From: Azolla caroliniana
Lineage: Eukaryota > Plantae > Polypodiophyta
Direction: 5' to 3'
Assembly (NCBI GenBank): GCA_043228905.1
Contig: JBHGNT010000016.1
Location: forward strand, 2,728,001-2,792,000
Length of the DNA stretch: 64,000 bases
Shown piece by piece: positions 1-9,416 of this stretch (its first letter is position 1; each line of letters begins with the position of its first letter). The notes beneath the pieces were generated by a model that did not search any database, had not been told where the DNA came from, and saw only the letters and a list, made by a program, of their open reading frames with translations. A program made the position numbers and the translations under genes.

Positions 1-417
1 ACATGCGGTGGTCAAGAAAATCTGCCCTCCCACAAGTGAAGCTCTCTTACTGATCGAACAACAGGGATAGATACATAAGAAACGGCAAACGATTCAAGGA
101 GAATCGAGTCAAACGAACTTATCCCATGCCTGGGTAACACCCGATTTTCGCAATGGAGACAGACAAAGTAATGTATAGGTTGGAAGAGGAAATTGTGCGA
201 CGGGGAATTGTATGTGTGAGGCAAAGTCTGGACTCTGGAGCCTAGGGTCAAGAACCCATGGTCTAGTGACATTGAAAAGAAACAACAAAAACATGTGTGG
301 CTCTTGGAGCAGGAAACGCGAAACGGGAACAGAGCTTCTCGGAAACGCCAAGGAAACGCAAACGCAAACGCAAACTGAGTAGACAGGAAAAAACGCAAAA
401 CGGACCTCCCATCTCTA
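1..417. mobile_element. Probable end of a non-autonomous DNA transposon (hAT-like); other end not seen in window
   Basis: Clustered GAAACG/GCAAAC subterminal-type motifs at 310-400 end in ...CTCCCATCTCTA (reverse complement TAGAGATGGG, a hAT-like terminus). No TSD can be checked. Confidence 0.35.
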
Positions 418-435
418 CTGTACTATCCTATCCTA

Positions 436-463
436 TACATACATACATACATACATACATACA
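436..463. repeat. (ATAC)n microsatellite
   Basis: Directly visible upstream of the kinase start. Confidence 0.9.
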
Positions 464-493
464 TTACCCCCATTTTCTTTCGATCTGCAAACC

Positions 494-686
494 ATGGTGG
501 CTATGGTGATGCAGAGTGAAGAGCTCCATGGTGGCGAAATGAAGAGATTGAAGACCATGCAATGTGGTGCTCATGTCGAAGCAGATTCAGATGTAAATTT
601 TACATCTCTGAGACCAATTCATCCATTGAATTCAAATCGCGATACTGATGATTATCATCATCATCATGGGATTATTCACAAACAAT

Positions 687-717
<31 letters not shown>

Positions 718-1723
718 AACAGGAAGTTGTTGCGATCATATCAAAATCTGTAGTGGTGCGGATGAAACCCTAGATTTCCACATCCCAGGGTTCGAGATTC
801 TGGGCCTAGTCGGAGAAGGAAGCTATGGCCGAGTCTACAAGGCGAAGAAGAAATCAAACAGGAAGAATACAAGGAATGGTGTTCATGGCGATGCGCAGGA
901 GCAATTCATCGCACTTAAGGTCTTCAAAGCACCTTTCTCAGCAGACAAAGCATCTGAAGGCTACTGCCCCCAACCTCCTCCTGAATCTCAAATGGAAATG
1001 GCGATGAGCATGATGCTCTCCAAACAAGCTTCCCCATCAACACCCATCGTCAAGGCCCTTGGCTTCCATTTCCATTTCTCTCGACCTGTCAATGGCTACA
1101 GTCAGTACAGTAATAACACTCAAGGTGAAGCAGCCATGTCCATGGACTTCTGCCATGGTGGCACTCTCCTGGACTTCAGGAAAGGAATGGATCCATCCAT
1201 GAGGATGGCCGAGAGAGAGGCCCTGCTCTTCGTCCGCCCCATCGCGATGGCCCTCCAGTTCTGTCACGACCGCAATGTCCTGCACCTCGACGTGAAGCCC
1301 GGCAACATTCTGCTCCGGGAGCCTGGTTGCCTCGGCTCGGCAGTCCTCGCGGACTTCGGCCTCGGATTGGTCCTTCCTGAGGGTGCCCATTATGCCGAAT
1401 CGGCCCCAGGTAGAGGCACCCGCTGCTACATCGCCCCGGAAGCCGACATCTCTGGCATCTATAGCACCTCTTCCGATGTGTGGAGCTTGGGCGCGGTCCT
1501 CCTCGAGGCGTTAACCGGACATATCCCTCCGTATGGCTGCCGTGCGGACCCGTCTGCCTTCGGCTTGCTAATGGGCACGCACTGGCGGAGACTCTCTCGC
1601 GTCCCGGCCTGGACAAGACTGTCGAAGCCTGTGCGGGGTCTTATCAAGTGGATGCTGTGTCCAGATCCCCAAATGAGGATTCATCTGGAAGAGCTTCTCC
1701 ATCACCCATGGCTACTGCAATAA
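494..1723 (+). CDS. Intronless Ser/Thr protein kinase, non-RD type (409 aa)
   Basis: G-loop GEGSYGRV, beta3 ALK, catalytic loop HLDVKPGNILL, DFG, GTRCYIAPE, SDVWSLG and C-terminal LLHHPWL. The N-terminus is His/Ser/Ala low-complexity. Confidence 0.9.
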
Positions 1724-2159
1724 CATTACATGGGGGAACAAACACTCCATAAATATATGGCTATTTGGGTGTGTCTCTGTATAAACAGCCCATTTGGGTA
1801 TATGGATACTTAAAATCTAGGTTTATAAATGTATGGACATTGCAGCATCTTAATGTTCTTGAGCAACAAGCAAGCAAGCATGTATGACCCTCTTGCAAAA
1901 TCAAATTATGCATATATGCTTATGACTTCCTTTCGATTCTCTAATTTTCCTTGCTTCATCTCTGCGAATGACTGCGATTTGGTCGAGCTCGTTGCATATA
2001 ACAAATAAATGAAAAGGTGTACGTTACAAATTTATGAATAATCTTCGTTTGCTCCACAGGCCACGAAAAGATTGACTTTCACTAATAAGGCCTTTACGAA
2101 ATGCCCTATTGTGTTATTATTTGTATGATCTTTAATATGCCGAGAGTTTTTCTAGATAC

Positions 2160-2315
2160 TCTGTCAATATGCTAGACCGACTACAGAATGATCCACTTTT
2201 ATTGATTTAAGAGTAAACCCTATATGAAGTGCCTATTCTATCAACATATTGTTGTTTGATCCATAATTATACCCTAAATGCCAAGCGCATTCCTAAACAA
2301 ACCTAATATTCCATC
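2160..2315 (+). repeat. Diverged direct repeat, copy A (partner 3370-3550)
   Basis: Shared blocks GACTACA.AATGAT, TTAAGAGTAAA.CCTATATGAA, ATACCCTAAA, GCATT.CTAAACAAACC. Confidence 0.8.
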
Positions 2316-2357
2316 ATCCCTAAAAATATGAAGAGCCCTAAAGAATCTGACAAATAA

Positions 2358-3195
2358 TTATTCATGGGCTGTCTTCCATGCTCATTTAAATATTAGACAT
2401 GTATATGTGTACTACCTACCATAAGCTTTGCATACTTGCAAAAAAGACATCATGTTGCTTTCCACAATCCTCTCACTCAAGGCTGCAATAAACAAATCAT
2501 AATTTGTGAAACATATTATCACCAACATTGGCTTGTATCATATCATCAGGATTCTTGTTGAGGTACTTTTGCTACGGCATTATTATTGTCATTTTCTGTG
2601 TTTTTTAGCATTGGATTTTGGAAAGTAATTTGTAAAGTAATATTTTTAAGCACCAATGATTATATTGCACGATCTTGACAACTAAAACTCTTAATAAATT
2701 GAATACTCATTTATGTGCACGCCTGCTTGAACAACCCCAAACTTAATGTAAACGTAATTCTTTCACTGTAAGCTGATGCATCTATATTAAGCTATGTGAT
2801 GATACATAATGCCATGTTCTCTCACTTCTAGTATATAATCTTAAAAACTAACTCTTCCTCACACATCAACGAGAAAAGCTGATCTCCAAAACTCAAAGGC
2901 TAATATCCAAGACTTACCTGAATGTTACTTACATTGGGTTTAAAACTTTACCTGAAAGACATCACAAACATATGTATTTATTTCATTATTAGTTAATTAT
3001 AAGCTTCAGTATGTGCAACTCAGTATTAACTACGTGTGAGTATCCTTAGGGAACAAAATGCTGTGATCCTTTTTTATCTAGATTTGGGTCATTACTAAAA
3101 TAAGTGTGATTACCAAGATTGCTAAATTTCCACATTAAGGATAAAATGCTTGGTATGTATATAAGAAGATTCATTCGGATAGATGATCTTTTATG
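2358..3195 (+). repeat. Diverged ~850-bp non-coding direct repeat, copy 1 (partner 8260-9120)
   Basis: Colinear blocks: CAATCCTCTCACTC, AGGTACTTTTGCTAC, TTTGGAAAGTAATTTGTAAAGT, AAATTGAATACTCATTTAT, AAAGGCTAATATCCAAGACTT, ACTAAAATAAGTGTGATT. Confidence 0.85.
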
Positions 3196-3369
3196 GCATG
3201 CTTATGAAGAGAGGGAGGAGGCGTTGTACTACGTGAGGGAAATAACGAAAACCTTAAGGGCATTCTGGAAAATTATTACATGAAAATGGAAGGGGTTTTT
3301 CCCAAAAGTGATGGATTGTATTATTGTTAGATCAGTGTATAAAATGCGAATAGATTTATTCATTAGATT

Positions 3370-3550
3370 GTCTGAATGCTGCTAGCATACAGACTACAAA
3401 ATGATTCAATTTCTTTGGCTTAAGAGTAAATCCTATATGAAATGACCTATTGTATTATTATGGTTCGATCACTACTGATACCCTAAAACTCTAAGAGCAT
3501 TTCTAAACAAACCCTATTATTAATTAACCAAGACCTAATATTCAATCCAT
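3370..3550 (+). repeat. Diverged direct repeat, copy B (presumed 3' UTR region of the aspartic protease)
   Basis: Matches 2160-2315. Confidence 0.8.
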
Positions 3551-3589
3551 TATACATAAGTCTAATATATATGCAGAGGCCTATGCATC

Positions 3590-4843
3590 CTAGCACAAGT
3601 TTCTACTTTGGTCGATGCAGACAGCAGACTTGACGGCATCGAAGATGAAGAGATTGTGTTGTTGTTGAAAGCTCCCTAGGACAGAGAAAGGGCCATTCAT
3701 GCCCGAGAATGCTAAGCAAAACTTGGCCGAACTCGTGGTGTTGGCAACAGCCTCCTCCTGGAAGAACATCTGCTCGATAGTGAGGGGCCCATAAGACACA
3801 CCATCCGTGAACTCGAACACGATACGCGGGACTGTGACATTGGCATTGTCGAAGAAGGAATTGTCGAGAGGTCGCCCATTACTGTAGTAGCAGATGTAGA
3901 GGCCGTTGGACAGGTCGGGGGGCGCTTGCTGGAAGACATGATCCATGCTCGAGCGGACGGCATCTCGGATAGCCCCGTAAAGGGACAGCTCGAGGCTCGA
4001 GAACACGGTGCCGGAGTCGACAATGACGGGGCGCCTGGGTGCTTGCGAGGTGTTGCCGACCGCGAGGGACACCAAATCAAGAGCATAGAAGGCCGGGCTG
4101 AGCGTGGGCGATACGGCCGACAACCGGATGCACCCCTTGCGGCCCGCATAGTAGCCATCCCCACCAAACTGCAAGAAGCCTTGCTGAGATCTGGCACGGG
4201 CGGACGGCAGGCAGTAGCTGAAGACACCGCCAAAATCGGGCTCGGTGGCTGCGGCGAAGCCCAAGGGGCCCCTCCCCAAGCCCAAAAGGCCGTCGAAGTA
4301 GCCGTCCATGGAGGCGGATGACACGACCGTGGCTGCACCAAAGGGGAACGCAGCAACCCTCGTGCGGTTCCCGATGTTGATCACATCGATTGCGAGGTAC
4401 GAGAATAGGGAGGTTCCGTCCCCGTATTGCATGGTCAGCACACAATCGTCGGGATTGCACTGCCTGCCGTAGGATTGGAGAGAGTTGCAGAGGGAGGAGT
4501 GGCAGGAGACGTGCTGGAATTCGCAGGGGACGGAGGCGTGGGGGCCGGAGCGCGCGTGGTTGGGGTCACAAGCTACCCAAGTGTAGTCATTCCCGGTGTC
4601 GAGGAGGAGGGTGGCCGGCTTGACCGATGGCGGACGGCCCATGGTGACATTGACGAGGTATCCGCGGCCGTCTTGGGCGACCGACACGGGCACCGAGATG
4701 GGCATGCCGGTGCTGTAGGAGGAGCATGGCCTTATAATGATGGATGGCACTAGCAGGAGGAGGAGGAACTGAATCAGCAGTAGCAGCAAGGTGGGTGGAG
4801 CTACTGATCTGGAAGTGGTGGTGTATGAATATGAAGAAGCCAT
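3590..4843 (-). CDS. Secreted atypical (nepenthesin/CDR1-like) A1 aspartic protease, intronless (417 aa)
   Basis: Hydrophobic signal peptide, GYLVNVTMGRP, two catalytic motifs LLLDTG and VIVDSGT, Cys-rich insertion, YGDG, DGLLGLG, FSYCL, LGSFQQQ. Confidence 0.93.
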   Translation of the reverse strand: MASSYSYTTTSRSVAPPTLLLLLIQFLLLLLVPSIIIRPCSSYSTGMPISVPVSVAQDGRGYLVNVTMGRPPSVKPATLLLDTGNDYTWVACDPNHARSGPHASVPCEFQHVSCHSSLCNSLQSYGRQCNPDDCVLTMQYGDGTSLFSYLAIDVINIGNRTRVAAFPFGAATVVSSASMDGYFDGLLGLGRGPLGFAAATEPDFGGVFSYCLPSARARSQQGFLQFGGDGYYAGRKGCIRLSAVSPTLSPAFYALDLVSLAVGNTSQAPRRPVIVDSGTVFSSLELSLYGAIRDAVRSSMDHVFQQAPPDLSNGLYICYYSNGRPLDNSFFDNANVTVPRIVFEFTDGVSYGPLTIEQMFFQEEAVANTTSSAKFCLAFSGMNGPFSVLGSFQQQHNLFIFDAVKSAVCIDQSRNLC

Positions 4844-5355
4844 GTATGTTCTGTTAGTTGAATGTGTGGAGTGTTTGTTTGTGATCTTTGTAGCTGGAGT
4901 GGAGTGGAAGGAAATGCAATGGAAGATCAGTGCAGGATTGAGCAGCGTTTAAATAGAGCTACTTAGTCTCCTTTGCTTTGCTTTGCTCTTTTTTTTGTGT
5001 GTGCTTTTTCCTATGTCACAAATTAACTTCTGCCTTTCTCTCCTTTCCCCCCCTTCTTCATAGAACTGTCTCATACAACATCTTTTATTTTTCTTCATAA
5101 CTTCTCCTTTTTTTTTACTCTGCTTTTTTCTCTGTCATAAACTTTCATATGATCATATGGTAGTCTCCTTTGCTCTCTTTTTTCCCCTTTGCTTTTTTTT
5201 TTTTGTTGTAAATTTGTATCATATACATATGTGAAGATTTAATTATGTTTCATTTTTCCTTCCTTCATACATAATAAACAAAGTAGGAATCGACGTTTTC
5301 AAATTTAACTGTTTCTTTTTTGCCTTTGCTTTTTACATGCCACAAATACATCCAT

Positions 5356-5452
5356 ATGTATTTATGTATGTGTGTATGTATGTATGTATGTATGTATGTA
5401 TGTATATGTGTAAGTATATGTATGTATGTATGTATGTGCATGTGTATATGTA
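5356..5452. repeat. Imperfect (TATG)n microsatellite between the divergent protease and PPR starts
   Basis: Directly visible. Confidence 0.85.
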
Positions 5453-5637
5453 TTATTAGACTGTATACATATGCTCTGTTTCTATCTCCACACATACATG
5501 ATACAGGCATGGGAGCTCTTTAACCCGATTGATTGTTTTGCCTCCAAATGTTCCGGGGTTTCCATGTAAGTAAATAAAGGCCGGAACAGAGCCCCAATCT
5601 CCTTGACCAACACTATACTTCCCAATTCAATGATGTT

Positions 5638-7851
5638 TTGGTCTTCAATCGCCTGCCACAGCTTGTGTTCTTCTTCTTCTTCCCCTTCCTGTTTCTCCAA
5701 CCACAGCAAGGTAATCACCATCTCAATACAGACCACCTTCAATTCACTGTTCCTTCTTCTTGTTCTTTCAACCAGACTCACGATGAAGCCCTATTGTTTG
5801 CTCTGCAGAAGGATCCAAGTCCCAGAAAGGAAGCTCTGTCAGAAGATGGATTTCTAGATCAAGTCCCCTTGTTGAAACAGGAGAAACCTAGAAAGGCAGA
5901 TTCGCTTCAACATAATAGTGTTTTCTTAGATGCTCTAAAGTCTTGCAGTAGACATAAAGACTTGCAGAAAGGTATCACGCTGCACAGAAAACTCATCCAA
6001 CAACGTGAATTTCTTGAGAGAGATGTTTATATCAACAATGCCCTTATTAGTATGTATGCCAAATGTGGGTCTTTTTCTAGCGCAAAACAAGTGCTGCATG
6101 AGTTTCTGGGTCGAAACGTCGTCTCATGGAATGCACTTATTTCTGGATATGTCGAGCATAGACTTGGCCATGATGCTCTAACTTGCTTCGAATGTATGAA
6201 AAGAGAGGGTTTCTCGCCAAATAAAGTCACTTTTATCTGTTGTTTGAAGGCTTGTATTGTTATCGGATCAGTAGATAAGGGAGAGCAGATGCATATAGAG
6301 CTTAGAAAGCAAGGATTATTGGAAAACGATGTTATGCTCACCAATGCATTGGTAGACATGTACATGAAATGTGGAACTGTTGCAAAAGCACAGGAAGTTT
6401 TCGACGAATCTCGAGCTCGAAATGTGGTCACTTGGAATGCATTGATTTCTGGTTATGTGCAATATGGATTAATCGATGAAGCTTTGAATAGTTTTAGATG
6501 GATGGCAGAGGAATGTATCCTCCCTGATGCCATTACCTTTGTATGCATCTTAAAAGCTTGTGGAAGTATAGGATTGTCAAGAATGGGAGAAGAGATTCAT
6601 TCCGAGGTATGTAGAGAAGGCTTACTCAGAATGAATATTGTGTTTGCAACCACATTGGTAGACATGTATGCCAAGTGTGCAATGTTAAAGAAAGCACAAG
6701 AAGTATTTGATGATCTTCCAGGACGGAATGCCATATCTTGGAATGCACTGATTGCTGGATATGCCCAATCTGGGCGTGGTGATGAAGCTTTAAAGTGCTT
6801 CAAACAAATGCAAGAAGAGGGTTTTGGCCCTGATGTGATCACATTTTCTTGCATCTTGAAATCTTGTGGGAGTGTGGGACTTGTCGAGAAAGGTAAAGAA
6901 ATACATGCTGAGATCAAGGTGCAAGGATTATTGGAAAGAAATCCCATGGTAGGAACTGCAATAGTTGATATGTATGCCAAGTTTGGTTTGGTTGATAAAG
7001 CACAAGAGGCATTTGATGATCTTCTGGTACGAGATGTCATCTCATGGACCTCATTAATTGCTGGATATGCTCAACATGGATTTGGCCACGAAGCTCTGAG
7101 ATGCTTTAAACGGATGAGAGCTGCTGGTTTCATTGCGGATGCTTTCACATTTGCTTGCCTTTTGAAAGCCTGTGGAAATATGGGATCTGTTGAAGAAGGT
7201 GAAAAGATATATATTGAGGTCACAAAAAGTGGTTTATTGAAGAAAAGTTTTGTGCTTGCCTCCGCATTGATGGATATGTATATTAAATGTGGTGCACTAG
7301 ATAAAGCACATGAACTTTTTGATGAGCTCCATATGCAGAATGTGGTCTTGTGGAATACATTGATGGCTGGATATGCTCAACTAGGCCATACCAAAGTGAT
7401 TTTTTATTTATTCAACAAAATGATAGTAGAAAGTACAGTACCAAATGATGTGACATTTCTCATCCTCCTGAATGCATGTAGTCATGGGGGATTAGTAGAG
7501 GAGGGACAAATGTATTTTGACATGATGAGCAATGTCTATTGTATAAGGCCAACTCCAGAACACTATACATGCATGGTAGATCTTTTTAGTAGAGCAGGGC
7601 ACTTTGATAAAGCAATGTTGTTTATTGAGGAGGTACCATACTCCCACCGTCTGCACATGCTAAGAACCTTCTTAAGTGCTTGTCAAAAATCAGTAAATGT
7701 AGAGCTAGGGAGATGGGCATTCGAGTGTTCATTGCAGTTGCACGGAAAATCGGATTCCATATATGTATGCATGAGTAATATATATGCAGCTGCCGACATG
7801 CACGCAAAAGCCAATAAACTAGAAGCTTTGAGAATGAAAAATGAGGCATGA
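5638..7851 (+). CDS. PLS-class pentatricopeptide repeat protein ending in E1 plus partial E2, no DYW (737 aa)
   Basis: Repeated NALVDMYxKCG / V.SWNALI.GY / PD..TF.CILKAC triplets, LLNACSHGGLVEEG, P.PEHYTCMVDLF.RAG, YVCMSNIYAAA. The exact start codon is uncertain. Confidence 0.92.
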   Translation: MVFNRLPQLVFFFFFPFLFLQPQQGNHHLNTDHLQFTVPSSCSFNQTHDEALLFALQKDPSPRKEALSEDGFLDQVPLLKQEKPRKADSLQHNSVFLDALKSCSRHKDLQKGITLHRKLIQQREFLERDVYINNALISMYAKCGSFSSAKQVLHEFLGRNVVSWNALISGYVEHRLGHDALTCFECMKREGFSPNKVTFICCLKACIVIGSVDKGEQMHIELRKQGLLENDVMLTNALVDMYMKCGTVAKAQEVFDESRARNVVTWNALISGYVQYGLIDEALNSFRWMAEECILPDAITFVCILKACGSIGLSRMGEEIHSEVCREGLLRMNIVFATTLVDMYAKCAMLKKAQEVFDDLPGRNAISWNALIAGYAQSGRGDEALKCFKQMQEEGFGPDVITFSCILKSCGSVGLVEKGKEIHAEIKVQGLLERNPMVGTAIVDMYAKFGLVDKAQEAFDDLLVRDVISWTSLIAGYAQHGFGHEALRCFKRMRAAGFIADAFTFACLLKACGNMGSVEEGEKIYIEVTKSGLLKKSFVLASALMDMYIKCGALDKAHELFDELHMQNVVLWNTLMAGYAQLGHTKVIFYLFNKMIVESTVPNDVTFLILLNACSHGGLVEEGQMYFDMMSNVYCIRPTPEHYTCMVDLFSRAGHFDKAMLFIEEVPYSHRLHMLRTFLSACQKSVNVELGRWAFECSLQLHGKSDSIYVCMSNIYAAADMHAKANKLEALRMKNEA

Positions 7852-8259
7852 TAGATGATGAATAATGCTTTGTTATGTTAGGTAATGATGGCTGATTTTA
7901 TCTTATGACAATAGAGATAATTCATATTCCTCAAAGTGGACGAGGTCATGGGATTAAATGGCACAAAAGCAATTGGGAGCATATCAAGCAGGAGGAATGC
8001 CGTTGTTATGATTGCCAAAGGAATCATAGCGTAATTGGATATCTAATGGATATACATTGAGGGAATACATATGAAATAAAGGGAGGAAAGAGATGATATC
8101 ATAACTCACCTTGTATAGAAACCACCCTCAAGGTAGAGGTCTATGCTCAACCAAACCAAATTATCATGTTGGGAGTGTTAAACATCATTCAGGTCTCACG
8201 ATACAGTTTCAAGACTAGTATATAGGTGTAAAATATTTGTCTATAGACTGTGGCAGGTA

Positions 8260-9120
8260 TTTATTCTTGGGCCTTCGTCCATACTCATTTATGGACTAGA
8301 CATGTATATATGGACATTACCATAGGCTTTGCACATTTTAAAAAGACATGTTTATGTGACATGCACCTCAGCTCAATTGTAATTAAATTTGGATACACAT
8401 TACATCAAATAATAGTTGTTTTCAACCAATCCTCTCACTCAGAGCTGCAAGATGAAAGTCAATATGTGAAACCAGCATTATGATATCATCCTGATTATCG
8501 TTTAGGTACTTTTGCTACCACATTTTTTTTATCATGTTTTGTGTTTTTAGAATAGCCTTAAGGCTATATCTTTTTTATCCTTGAAATTTGGAAAGTAATT
8601 TGTAAAGTCGTTTTTCAAAACAACTATTTCATTGCATTATCTCAAACTAAAACCCTTAAATTGAATACTCATTTATTGGCACTTGAAACACACACACACT
8701 TAAGGTTAGCATATGATCATATAATATATTTTTACATTTTAGGTTAGTCCTTTGATTAATCTAACCTCATGCATCTACACTAAGCAATGTGATGACATGT
8801 AATATATTGTCTCCCACTTCTGAATAAACTCACTCTTCCTCATGCATTAACCAGAAAGGCTAATCTCCGACACTGAAAGGCTAATATCCAAGACTTGAGT
8901 CATCACTAAATAGATGGAGGTATTTGATCAGGAAGTTTTAATTATGAGGTCCAACATCTGGATCTCAGTATTTAACTACACTTAAATAACCCAAGGAAAA
9001 AAATGTTGTGACCTTTTTTATCTTGACATGAGTCATCACTAAAATAAGTGTGATTCCCGCATTAAGAATATAAAATCCTTGGTATAAGAGGATTCATTAT
9101 GATATATGATATTTTGATGA
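8260..9120 (+). repeat. Diverged ~850-bp non-coding direct repeat, copy 2
   Basis: Colinear with 2358-3195; lies between the two convergent PPR stop codons. Confidence 0.85.
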
Positions 9121-9416
9121 TAAGATCAAAAGTGTGGATGTGTAACGATGTGCAACCATCTCAGACAAAGTTTGGTTCGAGTAATGTCTAGGATTTGCGA
9201 ATAAAGGATCAGGACCAAGCAAGACCTTCTACAAAAGTTGGTTCTATTGTTATTTATCTCACAATATTTAGTGATCGACTTTCTAATTATCCACAATGGA
9301 ATGGATTTCCAAGTCATTTACAATATGGTAGAGAACATCATGATGTTGCATTGATTTGTTTTCTTGATAAGAGATGCAACCACAACAGTAAGAAGAATCG
9401 CTTCAAGATTTTCAGC

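Noticed and set aside
3712-4753. Overlapping alternative-frame and antisense ORFs over the protease (and similarly the kinase)
   Set aside because: Expected shadow ORFs of GC-rich coding sequence; no recognisable motifs.
494-4843. Horizontal transfer or contamination of the two GC-rich genes
   Set aside because: The protease is a typical plant atypical A1 enzyme and the flanks are host-like. GC-rich intronless genes are common in plants, so composition alone is insufficient.
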